From positions 496,001-560,000 of the forward strand of contig NIVC01000283.1 in the NCBI GenBank assembly GCA_002269645.1: 64,000 bases of DNA. Reading direction: 5' to 3'. The stretch's first letter is position 1, and every line of letters starts with the position of its first letter. The stretch comes from Macrostomum lignano (Eukaryota). The notes under the pieces were generated by a model. That model saw only the letters and a program-made list of their open reading frames with translations. It searched no databases and was not told the origin of the DNA. Below are positions 37,460 through 51,850 of the stretch, piece after piece. A program made the position numbers and the translations under genes.

Positions 37460-38085
37460 AACTGTCGGGACGAAGCATTAACTGTCGGGATATGGCCGAA
37501 TTTAACTATCGGGACGAAGCATTAACTATAGAGACGAAGGATTAACTGTCGGGATATGACCGAATTTAACTGTCGGGACGAAGCATTAACTGTCGGGATA
37601 TGGCCGAATTTAACTGTCGGGACGAAGCATTAACTGTCGGGATATGGCCGAATTCAACTGTCGGGATGATCTGTCAGGTAACCCGTTTGATCGCTAAATT
37701 TAATGCTGCAAAGCCTTTAACAATACTTTTTATTATCCATGATGATTTTCAGGCTCCGAAGCATTAACTGTCGGGATATGGCCAAATTTAACTGTCGGGA
37801 CGAAGCATTAACTGTCGGGACGAATCATTAACTGTCGGGATATGGCCGAATTTAACTGTCAGGACGAAGTATTAACTGTCGGGTCGAAGCATTAACTGTC
37901 GGGACGAAGTATTAACTGTCGGGACGAAGCATTAACTGTCGGGACGAAGTATTAACTGTCGGGACGAAGCATTAACTGTCGGGACGAAGTATTAACTGTT
38001 GGGACGAAGCATTAATTGTCGGGATATGACCGAATTTAACTGTCGGGACGAAGCATTAACTATCGGGATATGGCCGAATTTACCT
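37460..38085. repeat. Minisatellite built on TTAACTGTCGGGACGAAGCA (20 bp) and TTTAACTGTCGGGATATGGCCGAA variants
   Basis: Tandem copies in two blocks separated by a unique spacer (~37670-37755). Confidence 0.93.
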
Positions 38086-40283
38086 GATGACTTAATATGA
38101 CTCAAAGCTGACTTGCGCGCAAGAATCCTTGAAAGCGCCGGATTATAAACCTGTCTAAAGTTTGATGTCTATATTCTTATGATTGACAGCGTCTGTAAGC
38201 GCTGAACTTGCCTGTAGACAGCTTTACTTTTGGTAATTTTTTTGTGAAAAAATGATGTTTTAATTATTTCTGCGTTGGTGATCCATTATTCGTTGCAAAT
38301 AAAAACGAATGGAAACTGAGAGAAAGTCGATTTTTTAAAGATAAGCCAGGGCAGGACTTGCCCGAAAAATCTAACGATGCAAGTTCAATAATTTACTTAA
38401 TGGCAAAAATATTGCAATACAAAAATGCTTGTCCATAATTGTAGCAAGTCGGGCTAATGCATAGAGAAAGTTCAAATGCAAAATAAATATTTGGATACAC
38501 AGAAAAACATGGTTTGGAAGCGCTTAACTCCTTAAAAGCAGAATAAAAAACTGTAGAAATTGTGCGCTAGAGAAAAAACTGCTTTACGTGTTGGTGTTGT
38601 GGCACTACAATAGAAAGCCCTTTAGGCACGAATAACTAAATTATGAACTATTCATTAGCTGCTTAAAATGCACAAACAACGCATTTTTATTTGCCACGCA
38701 TGTCAATCGGTAAAAACTTCGAAATTTATTTCGAAGTTCAAATTTAAAGCTTACTTTGAAAACAAAAATTTTATTAAACAACGGAAAAATAGAGCATGAT
38801 AAAGGCTGTGAAGAAAGTGTTACTAGCTATTTACCGACTTTAAAGATTGTTTATTCTAGCCAAGAGCGGGCACTAGTGAATTCAGGAAGGGCTCTTGACC
38901 AGACAGTCTTGCTTACATAATAAACGTCTACGTCTGTATGGTCACAAATGGGCGCATACCATACGCAGATATTGCAGTCATTTCTGGTAATGATATGTGC
39001 TATCACTTTTTTTGTCTTTAGTTGCACTGCTTCAGTATGATTGTTTAAACTCTATGGTACACTAGTACCATTATGAAAACAGCTATTATCTTGCCATAAA
39101 TGCACTGTAGGCTTTCATCATAGTTAAAAAGTAAGGCTGTGTCAAAATGAAAAAACGAAGCACGTGACTTATAAAGGTAAAGCAGGTACGAACCATAACG
39201 AACCAGGTATAGGATGCCATCGGCAGTGGGTAACATTCCGACAATAGTGCCCGTAATCAAATTGATCACCTAATTTAGGGCCGAATTGATATCGAATTTA
39301 TCACCAGCAGATCTTTTCTAGAGGATAAATATGAGTCTCCGAATCTGGTATTCTGCTTGTATACATGCTAATTAGGAACGCGCCAATAAAACCGTCACAA
39401 GATCTGCGATCCTAGGATGATGGGGGTTGAATACCGAATTGCAAACATCTTGGCGAAGAATACTTAATGCAAAAAATGCTACCCGAAAGAAATATAAACA
39501 TGCTTTTGTGGTTCTGATATCCGCATAAATTAAAGTTAAATGAATCACATAACAATTATTATCGATCGACTCTTTCATTTTGGATACACCTCGTAACGAA
39601 GTTGCGCAAAAGTGCAAGTCAAATCCTGTCACAGAAGACACAAGTTGAAATGCATGATTGTCGAATGCACGCTTCGTGGAACCAGATGAAACATTTTTCG
39701 CACTGTATCTAAAAGGAAAAGGAAAAATCTAAATTGGAGTTTACTGCCAAGACACTGCTCAGCAATACCTTTATGAAATCTCTTTTTGATACATTTCCAA
39801 AATTTACGACATCGTAATAACGCTTCGTACTCGTACGCATAAGCCACAGCCAGGAAGACGGTAGAATCCTCGGAATTTTCCGGCGCAAATCAGCAATTTG
39901 CCGGCGCACGGCGCACACTTCACTGCGCCGCGCGCATGGGCTCGGCGCATCGGCGCATGGCTCGGTGCATCGGTGCATGGCTCGGCGCATGGCACACAAG
40001 GTACGTCAGTGTACGTGACAATACAATAATGAATAATAAAAAAAATGTATATTAAATGTCAATCAATCAATATAATAAACGATAGTCGATACGATAGTCG
40101 TTATTTCTAATGTTGTTTCTATTTCAAAATTCAAATTTCATTAATCGTAGCTTTTAACAATTGCAATGCAACGAGCAACTCAGCATTCAGCAATGGACTC
40201 ATCTCATGGAGCATCTTCAGTTGCATCTTCAGATGCAGATTTTGAAGTTGAAGTTACGGGCACGGCTACTACCATCAGTAAAA

Positions 40284-43200
40284 ATGCCAAAGGTGGGTCG
40301 TTCGTCCAAATCCAAGTGGAGTCAAATTCCAAATTTGAATTTCCAGTGATGACTATCAATTATCAAAAATCGAATATCATATATCATGATATGATATGAT
40401 ATTCATGACTTCAATGACCAATGTTACATTTTTACAATTACAAAGTTACTTAATTACTTACTGTCTGACTGACTGTTAAGTGATACTGTTATTGTTAATT
40501 TTTACTTTTAGTGTTTACTATTATGACTTATGTGAAGTGAATGTCTATTATTCGTAATTAAATTAGTTACTTATAAAGTTATTATTTTATCACTTTTATG
40601 TTTAGACTTTAGTTGTTAAAAACTCTTACTCTTGCACTTGCTTGAGTTGTCTTAAATATTGGATAGAAATTTAGAATTGGATAGAATTTATATAATTATA
40701 AATTATATAAGATTTTATAAGAGTAAGATTAATAGTATTTTAAAATTAATAAGTTAATAACAAATAAAACTGAAGGGCATTTTTAAATTTAAATTAGCAA
40801 TAGAAGTCACTTGTGGTTGTGACTTGTCTTGATAGCCCCATACTTTGTAACTCTGATACTTAGGGCTTAGCCTAGCTAGGGGTAATCAAAGAAATTTTTC
40901 TGGGAGGCACAACACAGGCTGCACAGCCACTGAGCCACATAGGCCATACATACATACCCATGGCCATGGCCATATGGGCCATATTTTCAATAATTGAAAG
41001 GGCATAGGCTATGGCTATGGCTATTGGCTATGCGCCGAATGCGCAGCGCGGCGCGCAGGTAATGCACCTAGGCAATAGCGGTAGCGATGTATATTTTTGT
41101 AAGGTTTGTTACAATTCAAATAATTTTGTGTACCTATAAGAGTAGAGAGACTAAAGAGTGGAGTCAAGTGTAGCGGGCTTCAGCTTAGGCTAAAACTAAG
41201 GCTGAAGCCAAAAATATATTAGAAAATGAAATTTTTCAAATTTTCAACAAAATTTTCAATAGCAAAAGCAAATCACCATTCTAAATATAATTCTAGGCTA
41301 CTAGTGCTAAGGCTAGTCTGGCTAGACTACTTAAAGGCCATTTGGACATGCCCATAACAATGATAATAGCCCATTGGGGATTTGGATTTGGGGGTCAATA
41401 AAACTAGAAGCTCAAACTAGTATAAACAATTTAAGCCATTATTTTATTTTTTAGCTATTCAGGAAAAGGAATGGAGTTTCCTGACTAAGTCTGGTGGTGT
41501 GGGAGCACCTGGCACTGGTACTTCTCACAGAAGCTCTGCAGCAGCAGCAGCATCAAAACGGAAAGGGTCAGCATCAACAAGCACTGCAACTGCTGCAGAT
41601 ACAGAGCCGTCAGCAAGACAGCCTCAGATCTTTTACTGCATAAATTGCCTTCAGAATGACAAAAAAGATCTCGAAAAATGCCAATTTGTTCGAGGCAATC
41701 CATCCTCCAAAAAGCGACATATTCGCAACAATCATGACACTGTTGATGCTCACAATGTGAGCTTTGGAACCGCTGACCTTGAAATCGTCCAGAGTCTTCT
41801 CAGGGCCAGGGAGGAGAAGAGTAAAAGAATTGATCGGAAGCGATCTCATTCTGCAGCCAATTCTGATGCTGCAGCCAATTCTGCTGATGCTGCTGCCAAT
41901 TCTGCTGATGCTGCTGCCAAATCTGCTGATGCTGCTGCCAATTCTGCTGATGCTGCAGCCGTTGCTACTGTCACTGATGCTTCCTCTCTCCAGCTGTTTG
42001 TTCAGCTGCCACGTTCAGACTTATCATTATCAGGTAAGTCATAGAAGCAGCACATTAATCTTTTATTAAAAAAATGAATTAAGTTAAGTAATTCTTACTG
42101 TAGCTATGGCATGATTCACTGATCAAAGAGATACGACCACCTACTTTTCATTTTCTCTAATGTCTATTAAACAGGTGCAGCAGCTGTTCAATCAACGCCA
42201 GCTATTTTTGAGCCGCAGCGTTCCACTAGTGCATCTGCTCCACCCGGAGCTGTCAGTGTTGAACAATTTGAGTCGCTATGTGGTCTAGTAAATAATCAAT
42301 CGCAGCAAATTTTGCACCTGACTGAAGCCCTAAAAAGTCTTGCTGCTGCTGTAAAGGCTGGTAGCCATAGTGCAGCTGCTGCTCCTAGTCTTCCAGTTGA
42401 TGAGCAGTACACTATGATTAAAAGTGCCAAAAATATTGCCGAGTTGCTGGACCATCCATTCGTTGGTGTGGCATCATGCGGCGTCGACCACATCGTTTTC
42501 TGTGAACCTTGCTTCGCTAGGTGTCGCAAAGTTCCGAGTCTTCACCTGCCAGCGGAATGTTCTATAGAAGAAGCTTTTCTAAAAATGTAAGTCAGGTAAC
42601 ATGGCGAAGCAGATGCTGAGATGTAGAACCTAATACAGTAACACTAACACGCTACAATACATTGACATAAAATCCTCTATAATTTAACCCTCATAATTAT
42701 ACAGGAACCCCTTGAAGAAAGGTTCTCTCAGCACTGGTCTGTTAGTTTTATCAACAACCATGCAGCAGTACCACAGCGACCATTCGAAATTCTGCCACTT
42801 TCGAGCAACTGTCGCAGATCACTTTTCGGGTGTTGCCGGCAAGGAACACTCAAACGCTGTGAGAGAATTTCATGACGATAAGAAGCGCCAATCAGGCAAT
42901 GAGAAGGTTGTAAGAACACTACTGCGCAGCGCTATCTTCATCATACAAATCGGAACCGCTAATGCGCACTACGAGGACCTTATGTGCCATTTGGACGCAT
43001 CTGATGCAGCTATCGGCAACATTGGTCACGGCTTGTAAGTTCTTGGTTTCTTGGTTTGTTTGTAGGCTAACATTAAAATTATTATTAGTAAGTTTTTTTC
43101 AAAACTAAAATTGGAATTCGCATTTCCCACGCTTCTTATTCAGCGCTTTCTGCAAAGAACTCTGGCATCTTCTCGAGTATTGCGTTGACCGAGATGCCTC

Positions 43201-45550
43201 TACGTTTCTGCACGAGGCGCTTCCATCCACTGGCCATCCGCCCTTGGTCTGCCTTACCTGCGACAAAAGCACACCAAGCCGGACCACTAATCAAGCCGCC
43301 CTAATTCTTGCTAGAGATTCATCAGGTGGAGCGGTGGCAATTCCGGCTGGCGCACCGCCTATTTATGATGACGACATGGATGCCGGAGGGGAAGCCTTAG
43401 CCAATCTTCTATTGGAAAGTGTTCAAAAGCTTAACCTTCCGCTGCCAAGCGTTGTTGGCTTTGTTGGAGATGGTCAGTATCATCAAAACGGGCCTTTTGT
43501 CGCAACTCTACGCGAGAAACTCGGCTATCATAAAAATGACAACAGCTTACCAGTCTGCTGGGATGCAGCTCATTTTTTAAATCTCGGCGTTCAGGACGTC
43601 CGTGACGTCAAGGAAATGGAGTTCTTTAAGCGATTTATAAAGCGAGCTAATGTCTTCCCCAAAATGTTTGGGCGCGGCCGTGGCTTTGCTGCTCTCGAAA
43701 AAGCAGCCAAAGCTCAGCAGGAGGCGAAGGAAAGTGCGAGGGCAAGGTGCATCTCAGTTTTTGCTGCACAACGCTTCCTGAGCTCTGCAATGAAGATGTG
43801 GGAGGCCGTTGAAGAATCATACGAAGTAAGTTTTTTACTGCTTACAGAAATTAAAGACTGAAAAGGGGGAAATATTACTGGTAATATTGAAGTAAATACA
43901 ATCAATTCCTTTCTTTTAAATGTCTAATACAGGCACTATACTCTGCCTTCCGGAAAGAGCGTCCGGAGAGCAACCCAAACGAGAAAATCCAATATTGGCT
44001 CTTTGGCTACGACTTCCTGTTCGATTTGCTTGGCCTACTAGACTTGCTGGATCCCGTCCGAAAGCTATTGGAGCTTGTTCAAGATCTGGAACAGCCTCAT
44101 TGGAAGTTGGCGCTTTTATGGCCGAAGGTGGCTAGCTTCTTAGAATGCCGAGCTCGAGGCTTTAATGTCGAGGATTATCCGAGGCTAAAAGCTTGTTACG
44201 GATCGCTTCATCCAGGTAGACTCAGACTGGGTGCTAAATCTTATTTTTATTAATTTATAAAAATTCCTGTAAGCTAGCCCAAGCAACATATTTTCAATAA
44301 ATCAAATTCTATCAACAGGTGGTACATTCCGCGGTGTGCCCCTGCTCGACGGCTGGCTTACGGACGATGACGAGAGAGACCAGCGTGTCAACTGGACTGC
44401 TCGGGACCTCCGTGACATGGAGCAGGACTTGGTCCGGCTGTCTGCTGCCCTGCTTGAGAGCCTCTCATCACGTATAGCGAAGGCTGACAAGCACTCCTCT
44501 GTGGCTGCTAGTGCGATGGTCATGGATGCGGCTAATATTATCCTGCTTCTCACCTCCGCCAACCCCGAAATTAGCACTGAGGAGTTCACCACCTCTGCCG
44601 CCGTTCTGAAGTTCGTCGAGCAGGCTGAGAAGCACCAGAGTCTGCGTGTGAGGTCTCAGCTGGCTCGGAAGTACGTGGCCGACTATGCCGGTGCCATTCA
44701 CCAGGCATTTTTGTCTGGTGTTGGCCGCGATTCCTGGCTCGAACCCAGCGTGAAAGGGCCCATCAAACGAGTCGTATGCCCAGAGTCGTGTGCTCCAAAC
44801 GTGCTTTCGCTTCAGTTGCAGCTCGTTGTGACTACTGAGTCCGGATACAAGAGCTCAGTACGGCTGAACGAAGCTGCCGTGTACAGGTCGCTGTACTCCG
44901 ATCCAAGGCTTTACAAAGCAGCCGGCCAGGAGGCATGCCGCTTGCTAGACTTTGCGCTTCATCTTGGAGGCACAGGTGAAAATAATTTTTTTATGCCTTT
45001 CGTAAAGTATTTTAGTAATTCTTAAAGTATTTTGATGTCCATACGAGTTTCTTTCTGCTTGTAAAGTTTCTGTATGTAGAAATAGGTTTAAAAAGTACGA
45101 GCTACATGTACTGTTAGCAATTATAAAATATGACAATAGACAGGAGAAACAGCATATACTTTAATTTCAGAGGCGATAGTCGAAACGTATTACTCAGTAA
45201 TGCGATCGCAGGAGCAGCAAGGGGGCCAAACTAATGACACTCTAGCGTTACGAACTAAACTAAGCTGGATGCTGCCCCCCAAAGTAAATACGCGGGAGTG
45301 CCGACTGCTTTTGAACGAAGCTGCTAGGCTCTTTTTTGTCGGAGACAGGCAACGCGGTCTTCGGCCTCATCGTGGCCCATTTTTCTACGACATTCAGCAG
45401 CGGGCAGCAAAAAAGTATCGCGTAAGCAAGGTTGTTGACCGGCACAGCAACTCCATCCCTCGCTGTCCCTTCATTGGCCGGTATCAGCATCAGCGGCGTC
45501 AGTTGGCTGAGGAAGCGGAAGCTGAGGAGCAAAGTGACGAGTCTAGCTAG
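40284..45550 (+). CDS. hAT-superfamily transposase, multi-exon, apparently intact
   Basis: Exons from 41463 (~41463-42033, 42175-42587, 42704-43035, 43144-43826, 43933-44216, 44319-44974, 45171-45550) splice in frame via GT-AG. Motifs LTCDKST (D), FVGDGQY (D), CWDAAHFLNL (CxxH-like), AQRF, GTFRGVPL and GTEAIVETYYSVM (E). The start is uncertain; a possible mini-exon ATG CCA AAG|GTGGGT lies at 40284. Confidence 0.82.
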
Positions 45551-45839
45551 AGTAGGTTGGTCTATGAGTTGAATAAAAAAATTACATGATCACACAAAAT
45601 TTGGTCTCTTTGACCGGTGTGAATTTTTGAATGGAAGATACTTAATACTTGATTGTGCTTTTTCAAGTTTATTTTTCTCGGCGCATGGCGCACAAGTAAT
45701 TTTTTTTCTCGGCGCACGCGGCGCACAACAAAAATTTTGATGGATGTTATTCCGGCGCACACGCTGCACCTTCCTGACCATGGCGCATAAGAAGGTAAAA
45801 TTTTCGCTAAAACATACCAACCAATGCATACTACTCACC

Positions 45840-46350
45840 CAATTATTGTAGGCACCATCATGTGAAGCCGCCTCTTTCTCTCCACACATACAGCATAAAT
45901 TTTCTTGGTCAACCGCCCTGAGAAGCAAAGTTTTCCACAATTCCAAACGGCTCAGAGAGCTATCTAGTGATATTTAGTGACTAAAGAGATATTTAGTGAG
46001 CTATCGGATAGTAGCAAATCAGCGAATTTACACACTAACACTCCGCAGCTATTCCCGTCCTGCTGAATCGAGTGCTTTATAGTAATAGGCTGCATTGCAT
46101 GCCAGCCAAAGCAGCGTGGATCGGAGCTGAGGGCAGAATAAAACACGAGCAGTAATAGAACAACAAACATAATGGCATGCGTTAGTTTCCTGTCTAATCA
46201 GCAATCAGTTTAGTAAAAAATAGAGCACTAATATAAGTAATTAGTACTCGTGATAAGAGGTGACTGTTGGGTTGCGCAGGTCGTTTGGTAGTGGTAAAAT
46301 ATATTAAATAGATATTCGGCGCCAGTGATCCGCCCTAGATACGAGTATCT
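45840..46350 (-). pseudogene. Ulp1/SENP-like (C48) cysteine-protease C-terminal relic followed by a Cys-rich (PHD-like) stub
   Basis: ADHWRRISI (His motif, different frame) and IQQDGNSCGVLVCKFAD (Q-x-D-G-x-S-C-G catalytic Cys), then LCCMCGE…NNW. Confidence 0.65.
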
Positions 46351-48150
46351 TAGGCAATCTGGCAATTCAACCAGTGTCGCGAATAGTAGCTAAAAAGGTA
46401 AGGTCCCTTGACACAATATCATGAGACTTTCTCTTATATGCTATGTTTTGAGATTTTTAGTTTTTTGCATACCATAATAGTTAAAATGACAAAAATTGGA
46501 TTTTTACTATAGCATTCATCTACTTAAACTGATTGTCTCTAAATATTACATAGTTCATATTGAACTATTTCCTAATGTACTTTCCAATTAAAAAGACTTA
46601 ATTATTAAACTTTAGTTTAGACTTTCCTTGAACTAAACTGTTATATCTAAAAGTCAGCTTCCTTCAGTGATACAACCACAAACTGCCTTCTACTTCTTTA
46701 CTTATTACTTTTAACTTTCATATAGCAAAGAGAATTTTAGGACTAACTTGCAATAACTATAGAAGAATGGTATATATATATATAAAATAGTCGAAAAGAT
46801 GGATATGAAAGAAGGACAAAGAGAAAAGAGAAGACAGAGGCAAAAAAATTAAAGAACATTGGCAGAAAGATATAGTAAGGATAAGAGAATAGAGGGAAAG
46901 AGGATAGATAAAAAGTGGTAGATTAAAATAGAAGAAACACAAAGGATTGACAGAATTGAGGTTGGGTAGAGAGAAGAGAGAAGGTAAAAATAGAGAGTAG
47001 AAAAATAGTATTTGAAGAGTTTTCAAGATGATATAGGGAAGGTAGGGATAGATATAATAGATAGTAGAGATAAAAAATGAAAAAATAGAATAGAGAAAGA
47101 TAAAAAAATAGATAAAAGGGAGAAGGGAGGAGGAAACTTTGGAGGAGAATTGGGGAGAAAAGATAGAAGAGAAGTAGAAAATAATAGAAACAATAAAGTA
47201 TTTTTATATGTAGCTAAAAGAAAACTTTTTTGGTTGATTCTAATCGAATCATCATCATTAAAACTAAAAGAAAGTTTTTTAATCTAAGAACAATAAAAAT
47301 ACTAACATGGTTTGAAATTCCATAGGTTCAAGTTCTACAGGTTCCTATTCTCTAGGTTATAATAGCTAGTAGTTTTTTATTTCAAATCTCTATCCTTTAA
47401 AAAAGACTAGGCTTTAACATATGTTGCTTCAAGGTTGATAGTTCAAAACAAAAAGTAAAATAGTATAGAAATCTGAATATACAATTTTTTAATATGTAAT
47501 TTTTTATTTAGTTAATAATTGCCCATTATTTCTTTCTTGGAAACGCAGCCAAACGCAAATAGAATACTAAGGAGGGGTTCTTGGATTGGAGTTCCAATTT
47601 ATTAAATAACACACTTGCTTGTAAAGGCAAAGCTCGAGGTGTACCACGTTAGCTGACTTAGTTAGTGTGTGAGGTGGGGCGGAGGAAGTTTTTCTTCTTG
47701 GAATAGGGTGTTTTGAAAATTTGTTGACACCAGTGAGGTGGGGTGGATGCCACCTTTGAATTTCCGCCGGCGTTGCGTTCGCGCGATTAAAGCCGAAAAT
47801 CGCGCAGACGAATCACAACGAATTATTTCCTCCTGTTTTACTCCGACAGCCGGGTTCTCAAGTCCGGGGGGAGGGTAGTCGTAATCGTAGTCGAGCGGTC
47901 GTGAGCGGCACGGTCGTTCAGACTTTAGACTCAAGGGTCTAGACACCGTAAATCTGTTTTCTGAGTTGCTGAACTGATTACTTTCAGTAGAGTAGCGCTG
48001 CCACCACCGTAATTGCGTATTACGGAACGTTGAGATCTCAGAGCTCGTTCGGAGATGAGATTAATTTGGTTGTTTAACGCCCCACGGGCAAATGACTCAA
48101 GATAAACTATTAAGGGCTTCGATTAACGAACGAACTGTTATCATTGTCAA

Positions 48151-48189
<39 letters not shown>

Positions 48190-49055
48190 GCAGGCGGTAT
48201 TAAATTTTTAAATAGAAATATTATTAAACGAAGATGATCGCGGCAGGTGCCGGGTGCCAATCAACTAACAAAACAATCAAAAAGCTAATTAAGTTATTAA
48301 ACGGCGATCGCTATTGAACTCACTAAGAAATAAATGACGGGCAGAATAAACAAACGGATCGAATGAAGAATGCGCACGCGAACGCGGAAAAGGAACTAAA
48401 ACCAAAAGGAAACAAAACCACACAAGAGTAAGCAAACTGGCGGCCCGAATTGGCCTTATAAATAGTGAAAGTGTCGTCCGGACAGGGATGGGGCAACAGG
48501 CAACAGGCAAGGCAGGGGATGGGGCAGAGGATGGGGCAAACGATGGGGCAACGGAAACGTAAACGGGAAATAACAAAAAACGTCTTCGTCAAAAGATGGG
48601 GCGAGGGGTGGGGCAAGGGGCGGCGCACTGGGTGACAAAAGGAGTCATAGCAAAATTTCACCACCTGACGAAATCTCGCTCAGACAGTGGTAGATCGCCC
48701 TACCACATGTGAAAGCTCTGCGAAAGCGAAAAGTGGGGCAATCACAGTTTTAATTTTTTTAAATTTAAACAAATTTTGATTCAAGTACACACAAATGTAG
48801 TAAAATCATACAGTTCTGTGACTTTTGATTCTATAAACAATTTTTATTCTAAATATATATAGTCTTGATGTCTTTGCTAATTATTACCCATTCGCGCTTT
48901 TTATTTGTATGTAAAACCGCATAATTAACACTAAATGGAAAAAATATTTTTCATCAAAATCTATTTTATACTCATGAGCACAAAAAATCAATCCAAGACT
49001 TGTAGATACAAATTGTGTCCCCTCAATTCATTTTAAATTCGAAAACCTATAAGGA

Positions 49056-50742
49056 GGGTTACACCGAATTCGTCAACATCTAATTCGTCAACAGACCTCA
49101 AATGTGAGAAATTGGAGGAAGTCGAATTCGTCAAGAGTTAAAACAAGCTGAGAGAATTCGTCAACAAAATGAGGCAGAATTACTAAAAGTTGTTTCGTAT
49201 CTCAATAATGTAAATTTCTTTTAAATTTAAAGATTTAGTATATAGAAAGATAGTATATTTGGAAGATTGAAGAGCCTTCGTACATCAGAATACACAAACC
49301 CAACTTGAATGTGCAACTAGCTGGCAATGGGGTGGAGCGTGAGCTAATTGAGTTCTGTGAGCAATGCCGTGCCTATTTTTTCTCTCTCTCCCTTCGTTTT
49401 GTACTTAGGCTCTTTTGAAATTCTACCGGACTGTATTTGACCCGCCCAAGGATTGTACAGTTTGTTGTTCTTAAATATATTGGCGTATTGAATTAAGGTG
49501 AAGTGAATTGGCTCTGACTCTGTTAAGACGAGCACTGCACTTCTACAGTTCTTTGGACCAAACAAAACTAAAGTATTGTTTAGACTTCATATATCACTTC
49601 GTGAATGTACATGCATGCAATAAAAATTGTACATAGTTGAGTATCCAGATACATAATTGTATATTGTACAATACACATGCACATGTATATCCAAAGTGGC
49701 AGATCGAGTCAGCTAGGGTAGTGCAGCTTGTTATGCAGCCGAGCTCTGTAATGCAGCTGGACCACAGAGTCTTGTGCTCGACTTTGAAGCGGCTGCATGG
49801 CAGGCGGCTCGCAAGATCTGGCCAGTGGTCACTATCACCGGCTGTCTATTCCACTATTCGCAAGCCATTTGGCGTAGAGTTCAACAGGAAGTTCTGCAAC
49901 AGGTGAGTTGGGATTATGAAAGTACATTTACATGTACATGTACTTTATAAAGAGGCAGGGACATGTACAGCGTAATTAAAACGGATTGACAGGCATTTTC
50001 AACCGACCAGGCAGTAAAGGACTCGCTAAAGCAGCTGATGTCTCTGCCTTTTTTGCCTGGCCACGCCATGCGCGAAGCATTTGGCTATTTAGTGCAGCAG
50101 ACGCAGGACCTACGGGTGCGCCGGGTATATGAATATGCAGAAGCCACTTGGCTGGACCACTCGATTTGGAGTGTTGATGACGTTAGCATTCACAAGCGGA
50201 GCACGCGAACAAACAATGAGGTCGAAGGCTGGCACCGTCGTTTGAAGACCCGCGCCTACAGAGGCCAGTTACAGCTGTACGTGCTATTCGATTGAATTGA
50301 AATCACTGTACCGCAGGTATGACGGTCAGGAGCTGACACCTGTGGAGCTTCTCCGAAGGTGCAGCATGCTGCATTGAATTTTTATTTTTTTAATTTTAGT
50401 TTTTTTTACTTCTTCGGACTCTTTTCGTTTCTAAAAAATAATCTTGTTTCTAAGAACTCTTTTCGTTTCGTTTTAACTGCAAGTTTAACTTTATATTTTC
50501 GCATAAACAATGAATACACAAATAACCATGGGTTTGTATAACCATGCATTCGCCTTCGTTTTACTTTCGAAATTGGCTTTCGTCTTTTTTTAATTTTATT
50601 TCTTCGGTATATTTTTGAGACTGCATGTATATTGGACAGGCCTACTCAGATAGATAACCGAATTCGTCAACAGTGCCTATTAAGGTAACGGAATTCGTCA
50701 ACAGAGTTGACGAATTAAATGTTGACGAATTCGGTGGCACCC
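49056..50742 (+). mobile_element. Internally deleted MULE/MuDR element with ~40-bp TIRs and 9-bp TSD CTATAAGGA
   Basis: TIRs GGGTTACACCGAATTCGTCAACATCTAATTCGTCAAC and its imperfect inverse ending at 50742. TSD at 49047-49055 and 50743-50751. AATTCGTCAAC subterminal repeats. Confidence 0.93.
49770..50295 (+). pseudogene. MULE transposase C-terminal fragment (one intron)
   Basis: DFEAAAWQAARKIWP…ITGCLFHYSQAIWRRVQ and RTNNEVEGWHRRLK. Confidence 0.9.
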
Positions 50743-51679
50743 CTATAAGGACAATGGGCGTTGAAAGAACTTAAAAAGATCTGATAAGAAACCCCAATTA
50801 AGAACTTTTATTTTATACTGAGTAGCAAAAGTTAGCTAACTGGTATTTTATTAAATAAAACACTTGTTGAATAAATTACAAATATTTTTCTACGATATTT
50901 TTGCCCCATAAGCAGCTGATTTTGTTCTTGACTCTTCTGATCAGAACATGTAAAATCTGATAAGAAATCGCAATTGCCGTCAGATCTTACCAGACGAAAA
51001 GTAAGATTGTCAACTAGGGATAGGCCTACTCATACTTATGGGAGTAAGAGACAAGCCTATATATATATAGCATACATTTCATAGCCTGTCAATGTCAATT
51101 TTTTATATTAATGACGCGATCCACTCTACATTTAAAGCCATTGCTATACTCAACAAAAATTTTCTGGCAAAAAATAGTGATACTACACTATGAAGCGATT
51201 CAAGGAATAAAAAATTAAGTCTTCGGCTAGGTTCAAAGAAAGAACTAAGAATTTGGATAAATCGGAAAAGCAAGAATTCAAACTAAACGGGTCCACTATA
51301 TTCATATTAGCGAAAAGAATATTTAAACAAATCGTTTAAAAAACGTAATTACTATTATGTTAAATATTTTGTGGAAAAAACAATTGACATTTTTCAAAAC
51401 TGGTCTGTACAGATCTGCAAGAACTGATCTGACAAGATCCAGCAGAGAAATGTGAAAATATATGAAAGTTTTTTTTTCTGATACACAGTTCGCCATTTTA
51501 TTTTTTCTTTACCTAATAATAAGTCTTTTCTAAAAAACCATGTATGCTTTTTTACGTATCAGATGGTAAAAACGACTTGCAAATATTTGTAAGATCTTGT
51601 AAGACAAAATCAGATACAGATCTGCTAAGAGACTTAAGTAAGAACAGATCTGTTAAGAATTAGTGAACAGAACTTAATC

Positions 51680-51850
51680 TAGAGGGTGGTTGTTGTCGTA
51701 GGGGGTAGCGTAATGTGGGGGGCTGCTGCCCCCACACCCCTCGCTCCCCACCCCCGTTCCCCACCCCCTCCCCTTGAGTTGTTGTTGTAGGGAGTTGCGT
51801 AATGTTGGGGGCTGCTGCGCCCCACAGCCTTGCTCTGCCCACCCCTCCTC
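51680..51850. repeat. Two ~85-bp GC-rich tandem copies containing a GGGGGCTGCTGC(G)CCCC hairpin
   Basis: GTTGTTGTCGTAGGGGGTAGCGTAATGTGGGGGGCTGCTGCCCCCAC is repeated imperfectly at ~51780. Confidence 0.75.
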
